From positions 24,924,001-24,988,000 of the forward strand of contig OX597839.1 of assembly GCA_951406725.2 (NCBI GenBank): a stretch of DNA of 64,000 nucleotides, read 5' to 3'. A program made the translations under genes and the position numbers. The DNA is from Octopus vulgaris. Taxonomy: Eukaryota. Below the pieces are notes generated by a model, which had not been told where the DNA came from, searched no databases, and saw only the letters and a program-made list of their open reading frames with translations. Shown piece after piece: positions 13,521 to 27,135 of the stretch (position 1 is the first letter of the stretch; every line of letters begins with the position of its first letter).

Positions 13521-14265
13521 GCAATATGCCCGTGGGCATATGGCATAGTGGTTAAGAGCGCGGGCTACTAACCCCAAGATTCAAAAGATAGACTACAGCA
13601 AATATTCTGCTCAATACCACAGATTTGCTTGTCAGTTGTTTGACCGTAACCAGTTGAGCATGTCCTTTAGTGGCTGACGATATGTGCATCTCTGATCACG
13701 AGCAGAAGTAGTGGGGGAGCATCATAGCCATGTGTTGAGAGGGATTCTTTGGGGTTTTGAATAATTTACCTCTTGAATAATTTACCTCTGGAAACATGGG
13801 TGGTTCTTTCAACATCCTTAAACAACCCTTATTCAGGGACCTTTTGAGTGGGATGGGCTACTCAACCTGAAGAAAATTCTAACTGGGCCCCACCTGCAAG
13901 GTCATGTGCTGTTTATCTTGATATGAGATCACCATGTCGCGCACATATGGTTGTGATGCATGTGCCTGGTGTACCCTTATCAGACGGGTAGTCATGATGG
14001 GTATATTGGGCTTTGTATATTTTACCCCAGTGTCACTTTGATGGCATGAACTGCTCTCTCACTCAATAATAATAATAATAATAATAATAATGATAATAAC
14101 AACAATAATAATAACAACAACAACATCGAAAAATACCTTAGGAATGAGAATCCAGGTTCAAAATTTCCCCAAGACACCTGAAGAAGGCTGGAGGGTATAT
14201 TAGCCGAAACGTTGTATTAACAACAAACAAGATGAGAACAAATATCCGTCAAATGTAAATAATGT
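13521..14265 (+). mobile_element. TSD-flanked composite: tRNA-like head, nested family F, (AAT)n, hammerhead-bearing tail
   Basis: 13-bp direct repeat AGTGCATGATTAT at 13508-13520 and 14266-14278. A-box TGGCATAGTGG and an anticodon-arm-like GGG-CTACTAA-CCC at the 5' end. Confidence 0.7.
14173..14218 (+). ncRNA. Minimal type I hammerhead ribozyme motif
   Basis: GACAC-CTGAAGA-A-GGCTGG/TTAGCC-GAA-ACGT-T-GTATT. Palindromic stem III, GUU triplet, one stem I mismatch. Confidence 0.7.
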
Positions 14266-14470
14266 AGTGCATGATTATTTGTACTTTGTGGCCAATGAAA
14301 GGTTTCTCAATCGATCTCAGGTGAGTGAAGTCACCTGTAACAATAAAAGCATAAGTGGTTGTTTTCATGGTGGCTGTATCTGAGGATATCACAAAGTTGT
14401 GTGTCCTGATGGCAATTTGGGTGGGTGGTAGTAAATAATTCCATGTAGAAGTGTTGACATGGTCATGCAT

Positions 14471-14708
14471 GTATCTATTTCTTTATTACCCACAAGGGGC
14501 TAAACACAGAGGGGACAAACAAGGACAGACAAACGGATTAAGTCGATTATATCGACCTCAGTGCATAACTTGTACTTATTTAATCGACCTCGAAAGGATG
14601 AAAGGCAAAGTCGACCTCGACGGAATTTGAACTCAGAACGTAACGGCTGACGAAATACGGCTACGCATTTCGCCCGGCGTGCTAACGGTTCTGCCAGCTC
14701 GCCGCCTT
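14471..14708 (-). mobile_element. tRNA-headed SINE family C
   Basis: GGCGGCGAGCTGGCAGAA...GAGTTCAAATTCC...GTCGACTTTGCCTTTCATCCTTTCG. Copies at 28778-29010(-), 35360-36032(+), 54990-55190(-), 56001-56418(+), with fragments at 44890-45250. Confidence 0.85.
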
Positions 14709-15786
14709 AGTATCGCAGAAAAATACTTCTTGTTGTGATTGGTTCAAATCAACTGAACAACGTGAATTTATAAGCTTTACATTTGACAGAGTGGAGGCAC
14801 ATGGCCAAGGAGTTAGAGCAGTGGACTCGTGTATGAGGTGTTGCAGGTTCAAATCTCCGACCGGGCAATGTGTGTGTTTATGTGGATTTGGTAGACGGAA
14901 ACTGAAAGAAGCCCATCATATATATATATATATGTATGTATTTCCCCCCACACACACACACACCATCACTTGACAACTGATGTTGGTGTGTTTACATCCC
15001 CATGATTTAGCAATATGATCCCAACAAAATATGTCCAAGGCTTACAAAGAATAAGTCCTGGGGTCGATTTGTTCGACTAAAGGCGGTGCTCCAGCATGAC
15101 CATAGTCAAATGACTGAAATGAATGAAAAAGAGTATATACATACATACATATGTGTGTGCGTGTGTGTGTGTATGTGTGTATATATATATATTTATATTT
15201 ATATATATATATACACACACACATATATATGTTTTTGTATGTGTTTGTGTGTCTGTGTTTGCTCCCACACCATCACTTGACAACCGATGTCAGTGTGTTT
15301 ACATCCCCACAACTTAGCAGTTCGGCAATATGACCCCAACAGAATAAGTCCTAGGCTTACAAAAAATAAGTCCTGGGGTTGATTCGTTCGACTAAAGGCG
15401 GTGCTGCAGCATGGCCACAGTCAAATGACTGAAATGAATAAAAAAGAGTATATACATATATGATCACATCATGATCACATGACCGACCAGACCATCAGAT
15501 GTTGTTACACATCGCTGGTCACAATGCGCTTCGCATTGTTTTAGCCTTCGAATGACGCCACCCTGCTGGCTAAGCGAGCAGGCCAACAGAAGAAAGAGTG
15601 GTGAAAGAGTACAGCAGGGATCACCACCCCCTGCTGGAGCCTCGTGGAGCTTTTAGGTGTTTTCGCTCAATAAACACATACAACGCCCGGTCTGGGAATC
15701 GAAACCGCGATCCTATGATTGCGAGTCCGCTACCCTAACCACTGGGCCATTGCGCCTCCACACACACACACACACACATATGTATG

Positions 15787-15844
<58 letters not shown>

Positions 15845-16597
15845 CACACGTACATATATATATGTATGTGTGGATATATAAATCAATAAGATTACCTGAG
15901 GCACAATTCCTGTTAGATTCTCTTTAGAAATGTTTCTGTTATTTAGCTTTCCTGTTTGTCAAAGAATCACAGAAGAATCTCTTTATAAATTCCAGCATGT
16001 TCCATGAAATGCTCAGCAGAGTGTATATTAATGCAACACAGAAGAACTGTGCGTGTTGATAACCAGCAGGCAACAGGAACGGAATGAAAAAGAAAAAAAT
16101 AACACAAAGAATAAACACAAACAAACAAAAAATCGACAACAAAAAAAAAACAAATAAAATCTTAACAAACCTATGTAGGAAGGAATGGTTAGGAATGGTG
16201 TGGGAAGGGCGGCGAAGATATTGCTCAAGCAGATAGGGTGTAGGGGTTAAATTAAGGAGGGAAATGCCTCTTTGAAGATTCAGTTGGCAGTCAACATCGA
16301 CGGAATTACATTCTTCCTCATTGATATTTGGTGTTAGCCAATAAGGTTATCAGCACAATGCTAGGCTTCATATCTCTGTGTGTGTGTGTGTGTCTGTATA
16401 ATCATCATCATCATTTAATGTCTGCTTTCTATGCTGGCATGGGTTGGACGGTTTGACAGGAGCCGGTGGAGGCAAAAGACTACAGCAGACGTCTGTGTCT
16501 GTTTTGGTATAGTTTTATGGCTGGATGCCCTGCTAAATGCCAACCACTTTACAGTGTGGACTGGATACTTTTTATATGGCACCATCACCAGTATATG

Positions 16598-16643
<46 letters not shown>

Positions 16644-16648
<5 letters not shown>

Positions 16649-17172
16649 CGTTTACAAACTCGGCTCATCTTATACTGCAGTTTCATCTTTTGTACTAGAT
16701 CACTGGTAATAATAATTTATTTTATTACCCCTTTTACTATGTTTACATATTACTCGATAAATTTACTCGTAGACCTTATACCGGCATCCTCTCTGTTAGC
16801 CGGGTATGTTTTGCGTCTGCGCACTGGTCTGAAAAGTTAGAGAATGCAAGTCGGTAGAATCGCACATGCTTCTAACGATATGTACTTCTAGGATAACAAA
16901 GGCTGCTTACTGAAGAGTCTAGCCTTGGCAGATAAATTATATTTTTCTGCTAAAAAAAAAACGAAACTGCAGTACAAGATGAGCCGAGTTTGTAAACGTT
17001 TTTGATTTTCATTTCATTGAATTTATCCACTTTTTGTGTATCTAGTACTTGCTTCTTCTTTTACAGGCCTTTTAATGTATCTATATATGAATAACATATA
17101 GTCTAATGACTAATTTGTCTTTTGTGCTAGATCACTGGTAATAATAATTTATTTTATTACCCTATTTACTAT

Positions 17173-17180
<8 letters not shown>
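16644..17180 (+). mobile_element. Penelope-like/retrozyme-like unit: inverted 5' segment plus partial tandem repeat, in (TA)n
   Basis: 41-bp inverted repeat 16644-16684/16963-17003 with 1 mismatch. About 63-bp direct repeat starting at 16686 and 17118 (432-bp period). Contains a hammerhead. Confidence 0.75.
16901..16985 (+). ncRNA. Type I hammerhead ribozyme motif with long stem II
   Basis: CTGAAGA at 16910-16916, GAAA at 16963-16966, palindromic ACTGCAGT, GUA triplet (predicted cut after 16974). Stem II includes TTGGCAGA/TCTGCTAA but its base is weak. Confidence 0.65.
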
Positions 17181-17672
<492 letters not shown>

Positions 17673-18019
17673 GCAATGACCAACTGCAACGACGACAACA
17701 ACAACTACACTGACAACTGCAGCAGAAACAACAACTGCAACAGTAACAAGAAAACTAACAACGATGGTGAGAACAACAAAAACGACAGCCTCAGAAACGA
17801 GGATGGCAACAGCCGTAACAACAACAGCAACATCGATGAGAGTGAAGGAGGAGAACAATGTCAATGACATCGACCAATGAGATTGAGAGGAATCGACCAA
17901 TGAGATTGAGAGGAATTGATGATAAAGCCGAGACGTAAGATGAGTTTCCGTTTTTCTGATTCTGTGAACTTGACTGAAGATGACAGCTTAAAATGGAAAT
18001 AGGTAAAATCTTAAACACA

Positions 18020-18099
18020 ACAACAACAACAACAATAATAATAATAATAATAGCAATAATAATAATAATAATAATAATGATAATAATAATAATAATAAC

Positions 18100-18179
<80 letters not shown>

Positions 18180-18188
18180 TAATAATAT

Positions 18189-18219
<31 letters not shown>

Positions 18220-18285
18220 TATAATAACGATAATAATAATAATAATAATAATAATGATAATAATAATTATAATAATAATAATAAT

Positions 18286-18321
<36 letters not shown>

Positions 18322-18340
18322 GATAATAATAATAATAATG

Positions 18341-18372
<32 letters not shown>

Positions 18373-18391
18373 GATAATAATAATAATAATG

Positions 18392-18429
<38 letters not shown>

Positions 18430-18538
18430 GATAATAATAATAATAATGATAATAATAATAATAATAATGATAATAATAATAATGATAATAATAATAATAA
18501 TAATAATAATTATAATAACGATAATAATAATAATAATG

Positions 18539-18576
<38 letters not shown>

Positions 18577-18595
18577 GATAATAATAATAATAATG

Positions 18596-18633
<38 letters not shown>

Positions 18634-18796
18634 GATAATAATAATAATAATGATAATAATAATAATAATAATGATAATAATAATAATGATAATAATGATA
18701 ATAATAATAATAATAATAATAATGATAATAATAATAATAATAATAATAATTATAATAACGATAATAATAATAATAATGATAATAATAATAATAATG

Positions 18797-18840
<44 letters not shown>

Positions 18841-18949
18841 GATAATAATAATAATAATGATAATAATAATAATAATAATGATAATAATAATAATGATAAT
18901 AATAATAATAATAATAATAATTATAATAACGATAATAATAATAATAATG

Positions 18950-18987
<38 letters not shown>

Positions 18988-19006
18988 GATAATAATAATA
19001 ATAATG

Positions 19007-19044
<38 letters not shown>

Positions 19045-19153
19045 GATAATAATAATAATAATGATAATAATAATAATAATAATGATAATAATAATAATGA
19101 TAATAATAATAATAATAATAATAATTATAATAACGATAATAATAATAATAATG

Positions 19154-19194
<41 letters not shown>

Positions 19195-19213
19195 GATAAT
19201 AATAATAATAATG

Positions 19214-19251
<38 letters not shown>

Positions 19252-19396
19252 GATAATAATAATAATAATGATAATAATAATAATAATAATGATAATAATA
19301 ATAATGATAATAATGATAATAATAATAATAATAATAATAATGATAATAATAATAATAATAATAATAATTATAATAACGATAATAATAATAATAATG

Positions 19397-19434
<38 letters not shown>

Positions 19435-19453
19435 GATAATAATAATAATAATG

Positions 19454-19491
<38 letters not shown>

Positions 19492-19600
19492 GATAATAAT
19501 AATAATAATGATAATAATAATAATAATAATGATAATAATAATAATGATAATAATAATAATAATAATAATAATTATAATAACGATAATAATAATAATAATG

Positions 19601-19638
<38 letters not shown>

Positions 19639-19657
19639 GATAATAATAATAATAATG

Positions 19658-19695
<38 letters not shown>

Positions 19696-19858
19696 GATAA
19701 TAATAATAATAATGATAATAATAATAATAATAATGATAATAATAATAATGATAATAATGATAATAATAATAATAATAATAATAATGATAATAATAATAAT
19801 AATAATAATAATTATAATAACGATAATAATAATAATAATGATAATAATAATAATAATG

Positions 19859-19902
<44 letters not shown>

Positions 19903-19903
19903 G

Positions 19904-19942
<39 letters not shown>

Positions 19943-19950
19943 TTAATGAT
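18020..19950. repeat. About 1.9-kb (AAT)n tract with higher-order variant pattern
   Basis: Recurrent ACG-(ATA)5-ATG cassette. Confidence 0.95.
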
Positions 19951-20576
19951 GACAACAACAAACATAACAATATAGTAAACAAATAAATAGAGAAGGGGAA
20001 ATTTTTCCAATATTTCAAAGATCAATATTTGAAAGGAATCACCTAAAATATATGACAAAAAAGAAAAAAAAAAAAATAACAACAGAAATCTTTAGGTTTT
20101 ACAGAAATTTCTCTCTGTTTCTTTTCCTTTCTCTCTCTCTCTCTCCCTCCTTTTGTCTTTCTTTTTCTCTTTTATCTCTCTCTCTCCCCCCTCTTTCTCA
20201 ATCCATTTCCGAGAACTTCAAAATGTTCACTGCTTTTCCGACTTCTTCTTCTTCTTCTTCTTCTTCCTCCTCCTCCTCTTCCTCTCCCTCCTCCCCATCT
20301 TCCACTACTATCGTCAGTAACTCAACCACCACCACCGCCACTGCTCCTAACCTGCCACCACCTTCACCTCCACCACGAGATATATAAAGGAATGAGGGAA
20401 ATCTGTTTCCCTTGTCCATATCCATCCCAAACTCGACGGACACTGCGGAAAATCCTGATGTACATCCAGCGACACTGAAATTAAAACCCTGCCTGGATGA
20501 CATCAGGTAGCCTAAACAGCGAAAGTGCTTTAATCAGCATATTGCTAACCGTTATACACACCGTCCAAATAATTGT

Positions 20577-20955
20577 GTGGAAGCACTCCATCGGTTACGA
20601 CGACGAGGGTTCCGGTTAATCCAATCAACGGAACAGCCTGCTCGTGAAATTAACGTGCAAGTGGCTGAGCACTCCACAGACACGTGTACCCTTAACGTAG
20701 TTCTCAGGGATATTCAGCGTGACACAGAGAGTGACAAGGCCGGCCCTTTGAAATACATGTACAACAGAAACAGGAAGTAAGAGAAAGTTGTGGTGAAAGA
20801 GTACAGCAGGGATCACCACCATCCCCTGCCGGAGCCTCGTGGAGCTTTTAGGTGTTTTCGCTCAATAAACACTCACAACGCCCGGTCTGGGAATCGAAAC
20901 CGTGATCCTACGACCGCGAGTCCGCTGCCCTAACCACTGGGCCATTGCGCCTCCA
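20577..20955 (-). mobile_element. SINE family B, tail type 1, 16-bp TSD
   Basis: CACCGTCCAAATAATT at 20559-20574 and 20954-20969. Copies at 22948-23337, 38676-39056 and 44369-44535 (partial). Confidence 0.9.
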
Positions 20956-21393
20956 CCGTCCAAATAATTACTTGTATATATAAAGATAATTTATGTTTCG
21001 TTGAATATGTTTGAAGAATGAAGAAAGAAAAAATGAGGGAGAAAAAGAAACGACAGAGGTTGATTAATCCCCCTGCCCCCCCCCTGCCGTTGGCATTGTT
21101 GTCTGATGGAGGGTGGGTGGGGTGGAAGGTTGATCAAGATTAAATTGGCTTTGTTCGTTAGACATATGTGAGACAATGAATTCGGAGTATAGCTTTAGAC
21201 TACCTTCTAGATGTGTGGGTTGCGGGTTGGGTTGGAGAAGTGGCAGGGGGGCGGGGGGGGGGCTTGGCAAGAGCCATGTGGGGGTGGGGGTGGGAGGAGG
21301 AAATGAATGAATGAATGAGTAAATAAGTAATTAGAAAGAAGACCAAAGTGATCTGGTGAGTAATCCACCAACGAAAGAGAATTGTTGAAACAT

Positions 21394-21484
21394 ACCACAA
21401 CCAGAGCCATCACCACCACTATCGTCATCACCACCACCATCGTCATCATCATCACCGCCACTATCGTCATCATCATCAACATTG

Positions 21485-21520
<36 letters not shown>

Positions 21521-21940
21521 ACATCGTCATCATCAACATCATCATTGTTGTCATCATCATCATCAACATTGTCATCATCATCATCGTCATTGATGTCATC
21601 ATCATCATCAACATTGTCATCATCATCATCATCATCATTGTTGTCATCATCATCATCATCATCATCATCAACATCGTCGTCATCATCATCATCATCATCA
21701 TTGTTGTCATCATCGTCATCAACATTGTCATCATCACCATCATCATCATCATCATCATCATCGTTACCATCATCATCATTATCATCGTCATCACAACCAT
21801 CATTGCTTTTGCCTTTGTCAACATCATCACAATCATCATCATCATCATCATGACCATTATCATTGGCTTTGTCAACATCATCCCCATCAACACACCATCC
21901 CCATCATCATCATCATCATCATCATAATCATCATCATTGT
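21394..21940. repeat. (ATC)n degenerate tract
   Basis: Seen directly. Similar tracts at 30080-30820, 40700-41410 and 45750-46000. Confidence 0.95.
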
Positions 21941-22293
21941 TTCCACCAGTTGCTGTCATAATTGTCGCCACCACCTCCCCTGGCACCACAAAGAATCTCC
22001 TAACTAATATTGGCACCACCACCGCCGCCACCGCCGGCACCACCGCCGCTGCCGCCGCCACCACTGGCACCGCCACCGCCGCCGCCGCCGCCTCCGCCAC
22101 CACTGCCACCACAAGTCTATATTATTCTCTTAACCTCTTCACATGACCGGACAAACCAATTTCTCTTCATACAAAGTTATCTTTATTGTTATATGCAACA
22201 ATAGACGTAGAGACGGGTGTGTGGGTGGGTGGGTGGGAATATGTGTGTGTGTGTGTATTTGGATATGTCTGTGTAAATGTGTGGGATGTATAT

Positions 22294-22329
<36 letters not shown>

Positions 22330-22640
22330 TAATATGTATATATATATATGTATATATATACACATATATATAAATATATATATGTGCATATGTATGTATA
22401 TATGTATATATACATATCTATATACATATATTTATATCTATATGTATGTATATGTGTGTGTGTGTGTGTTTGCATATATATGTATGTACATCCATATATA
22501 TATGTATATATATATATGTATATACATCCATATATATATGTATATATATACATATGTATATATATATATATATACACATACATATGTATGTATACGTATA
22601 GATACATACATATGTATATACACCTGCATATATATATATG

Positions 22641-22685
<45 letters not shown>

Positions 22686-23574
22686 ACATGTCTATGCATA
22701 AAACTAATGAACAGTTTCACTTTCTTGCATAAACATTATCAAATCTTTTGTATGATAATGTCCCTTTTCGATAATAATATAATAATGTTACCATAACTGG
22801 TGGTGTTTAAATCCACAGATGTGGGACCATTCTGGTTTATTAATGTTAGGCTCTTGTGTTGGCCAACATTAGATTAGCATTAGACAGGGATTAAGTTGGG
22901 ATTAAACAAACAGGTAAGTTGGCTAAAGTTATATGTATATATGGATGGATGGAAGCACTCCGTCAGTTACGACGATGAGGGTTCCGGTTGATCCGAATCA
23001 ACGGAACAGCCTGCTCGTGAAATTAACGTGTAAGTGGCTGAGCACTCCACAGACACGTGTACCCTTAACGTAGTTCTCGGGGATATTCAGCGTGACACAG
23101 AGAGTGACAAGGCCGGCCCCTTGAAATACAGGTACAACAGAAACAGGAAGTAAGAGTGAGAGAAAGTTGTGGTGAAAGAGTACAGCCGGGATCACCACCA
23201 TCCCCTGCCAGAGCCTCGTGGAGCTTTTTTAGGTGTTTTCGCTCAATAAACACTCACAACGCCCGGTCTGGGAATCGAAACCGCGATCCTATGACCGCGA
23301 ATCCGCTGCCCTAACCACTGGGCCATTGCGTCTCCACTATATGTATATGTATCAATAGGCACAGGTGTGGCTGTGTGGTAAGAAGCTTGCATGCCAACTA
23401 CATGGTTCTGGGTTCAATCCCATTACATGGCACTTTGGGCAAGTATCTTCTACTATAGTCTCAGGCTGACCAAAGCCTTATGAGTGGATTTGGTAGACAG
23501 AAACTGGAAGAAGCCCTGTGTGTGTGTGTGTGTGTGTGTTTTAAATGATTGATATGGAAGACGGAGTGTAACTA

Positions 23575-23684
23575 GAAGCATGACAATCGTTTCAGCTTCA
23601 TTCTGCATGGCTCCCTCGTGGGTGTGGGACAATGTAATGACATCAGATGCAATGCACAGTGCAAAAAAGCTTCATCAGGTGATG
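23575..23684 (-). ncRNA. Type I hammerhead ribozyme motif, long stem II, decayed stem I
   Basis: Minus strand: CTGATGA-AGCTT...AAGCT-GAA-ACGATTGT-C (GUC triplet). Confidence 0.6.
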
Positions 23685-23735
23685 TAACATGCTTCAAATG
23701 TTATTAGATTTACATTTCATTTTCACTCCAAGTTA

Positions 23736-23965
23736 TTGCACAAAGTAGATGTAGGGGTTTTTAAATCAAAGCTGGACCTCTTCCTGTTCAGAGTCCCAGA
23801 TGAACCTACCTCATGGCAAGAGGTGCAAATGAGGGTAGCTATATCAAACTCCTTTCTTCACCAAGAGCCACATATTAGAGGAGGCTCTTAGTAATAACAG
23901 TGTAGCAAAACAGCGGTGCATCAGCATGGCCACAGCTCTGAGCTGAAACTTGAGAAAAAAAAAAA
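23736..23965 (+). mobile_element. CR1-group LINE 3' end
   Basis: LHKVDVGVFKSKLDLFLFRVPDEPT...RVAISNSFLHQ...* (stop at 23889-23891), then GGTGCATCAGCATGGCCACAGCTCTGAGCTGAAACT and poly(A). Confidence 0.75.
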
Positions 23966-23978
23966 TATATATATATAT

Positions 23979-24835
23979 ACTCTTTACTCTCTTTTACTCT
24001 TTTACTTGCTTTAGTCATTTGACTGTGGCCATGCTGGAGCACCGCCTTTAGTCGAGCAAATAGACTCCGAAACTTATTCTTTGTAAGCCCAGTACTTATT
24101 CTATCGGCCTCTTTTGCCGAACCGCTAAGTGACGGGGACGTAAACACACCAGCATCGGTTGTCAAGCAATGCTAGGGGGACAAACACAGATACACAAACA
24201 TATACACACACATACATACATATATATACATACATATATACGACAGGCTTCTTTCAGTTTCCCTCTACCAAATCCACTCACAAAGCATTGGTCGGCCCGA
24301 GGCTATAGCAGAAGACACTTGCCCAAGGTGCCACGCAGTGGGACTGAACCCAGAACCATGTGGCTGGTAAGCAAGCTACTTACCACACAGCTTATATATA
24401 TTTATATATAATTTCACTTGCTTCAGTCATGTGACTGTTGCCATGCTGGAGCACCGCCTTTAGTCGAGCAAATCGACCCCAGGACTTATTCTTTGTAAGC
24501 CTAGTACTTATTCTATCAGTCTCTTTTGCCAAACCACTAGGTAATGGAATGTAAACACATCAACATCGGTTGTCAAGCGATGGTGGAAGAACAAATACAC
24601 ACACGCACATGCACACACTCACATACACACTCATATACACACACACATGCACACACACACACACATATATATATATATGACAGGCTTCTTTCAGTTTCCA
24701 TCTACCAAATCCACTCACTAGGCTTTGGTTGGCCCAAGGCTATAGTAGAAGACACTTACTCAAGGTACCATGCAGTGGGACTGAACCCAGAACCATGTGG
24801 TTGGGAAGCAAGCTTTTTACCACACAGCCATGCTT
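23979..24835 (-). mobile_element. Two adjacent SINE family A copies
   Basis: 23979-24390 and 24412-24835. A similar pair lies at 29358-30075. Confidence 0.85.
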
Positions 24836-24879
24836 ATACACACACACACACCCATATATATATAACTGTTTTGAACAAT

Positions 24880-24937
<58 letters not shown>

Positions 24938-25985
24938 ATTGATCAAAACAGTTATAAATATGTGTGTGTGTGTGTGTGTGTGTACGTGTATATATGTATT
25001 TTAAATTAAATATCTTTTCTGTGCCTGAAAATAAAGTGTATCTTGAGAAAGCGAGAGCATATGATGACAGAATATTGTTGAAACGATGACGAAATATCTA
25101 CAAGTGATTGTAAGAACAGACAGGAGACTTGGTTGAAAAATAACATAAAAATTGAACAAGTTCTGTTTGAAATCTCTATCAGTAGACAAAATGAAAATCG
25201 GTAAATATTTTCGAGGCGTCATCAACAGAAATCATTGTGTCTAGGGAACAAAATGGAAGAATATTGAAACAAGACAAAGTCTTAGAGTACAGAGAAAATT
25301 CTTACAAACCCACACTTAAAATTATTATTATCACTATTTCCATTATTATTATTATTATTATTATTGTTATTACTATTATTGTTATTATTGTGATTATTAT
25401 TATTATTGTTACTGTTTTCGTCTTTCTCCCATCCAATCTCCTTCTTACTTTTGATGCCGTTGCGAAATCGAAGGAATCGCTTCTGTGTGTCCGTCTCTAA
25501 CTTTTGGCTCAATACGGTATGACATTGTTTGAACGGCACCGAATAATTGAAGATGATTTTAAGAGAGTGGCTCTTGCGAATATCTGTGAGTTATGACAAG
25601 CATTCATGTGTAAATATATTTATGTCTGGTACTATATTAATGTTTACAAAGGTAGCTGCGACTTGATAAAGATTTCGGTTGGTGCTGTTTAGGATAATAG
25701 ATATCCAAGATCAATACATACACATACACACACACACACACATACATATATAAATGCATACATATATGTGTGTGTGTATGAATGTATGTATATAATTATA
25801 TACGTATATCTTTCTATGTATATGTATATGCACATGAATATTTGCTTATATTTGTGTGTGGATGTATGTGTATATAGTTATAAATATGTATGTATGTATA
25901 ATTGCATATATGTGTATGTGTATATATATATATATGTATAGATATATGTGTGTGTGTATATATATATATTTCTTCCCAGTGCTCA

Positions 25986-26016
<31 letters not shown>

Positions 26017-26116
26017 CAGACACATGCATAGATATACGTGTATGTGTGTGTTCATGTATGGGTGTATATGTGCAATGTATATGTATGTATATATGCATAT
26101 ATATATATATACATGC

Positions 26117-26154
<38 letters not shown>

Positions 26155-26439
26155 ATATATATGTATATATATGTATCTATGTATGTATGTATGCATGTAT
26201 ATATGTATGTATGTATAAGTTATATATGTACATAATTGCATAGATGTACATATATACATATACTTTCATACCTATGTATATCTTTCTATATATATACATA
26301 TGCACATAATATACCAAACAGACACGGAAGCTCACACATACACATACGGAAAGGAACATCCACACATCTGCACCGATGCCAGACATAAAATAAGGATGTT
26401 TTATCGAGGGGAAGGTTTTCCCTTTTGTATTTTTTACAG

Positions 26440-26469
26440 AATGAATATTTAACAAACCACTTGGTAAAG
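26440..26469 (+). other. Possible 30-nt micro-exon ([10 protein letters not shown])
   Basis: Polypyrimidine acceptor TTTTTTACAG and donor AAG|GTAAGC; only phase 0 is open. Confidence 0.2.
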
Positions 26470-26862
26470 GTAAGCAAGCTAGCAGAGAGAGAGAGAGCGA
26501 GAGAGAGAGAGAGATTAAGAAAGAGATGGAGGGAGAGAGAGACAGAGACTAACCAGAAGAGGGGGAAAAAAATCCCGGTTTGTAACATGTTTCCGTATAT
26601 ATATATATTTGTGTGTATGTGTGTCCGTCTTCGTGAATGTGTCTGTGTGTGCATGTGTGTTAGTGTTGTATATGCATACGTGTGAGGGGGTGTAGGTGTG
26701 CTTGTGTTTGTGTGTGTGTGTGTACGAACGTGTATGCGTCGTTCTCTCTGACTTAATCTCATGATGCTTATCCATTGGATAAAACCAGAATAAAACAGGA
26801 ATGCTGGGTAATGAGGCATGATGGGATACTTGCATACATGCATACACACATATGTATATGTG

Positions 26863-26925
<63 letters not shown>

Positions 26926-26930
26926 ATATA

Positions 26931-26973
<43 letters not shown>

Positions 26974-27088
26974 ATATATATATGTGTATATATATACATA
27001 TATATATATATGTATGTATATATATATATATATACATATATACATACATATATATATGTGGGTGTGGTTGTATATATATATACATATG

Positions 27089-27135
<47 letters not shown>

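Noticed and set aside
13530-13582. tRNA gene
   Set aside because: No T-arm or acceptor stem; it is a SINE head. The same applies to the heads of families A-C.
16150-16345. Minus-strand open stretch NINEEECNSVDVDC...LLEQYLRRP
   Set aside because: In-frame stops upstream, no good acceptor, weak donor.
17791-20082. 763-aa and 660-aa poly-Ile ORFs, and other poly-H/P/V/YI/CV ORFs
   Set aside because: They are stop-free frames of microsatellites with no protein-like complexity.
20223-20510. Ser/Pro-rich frame continuing past TAA (an editing read-through idea), and the mirror minus-strand ORF
   Set aside because: Low complexity, weak splice signals, no recognisable domain and no evidence of editing.
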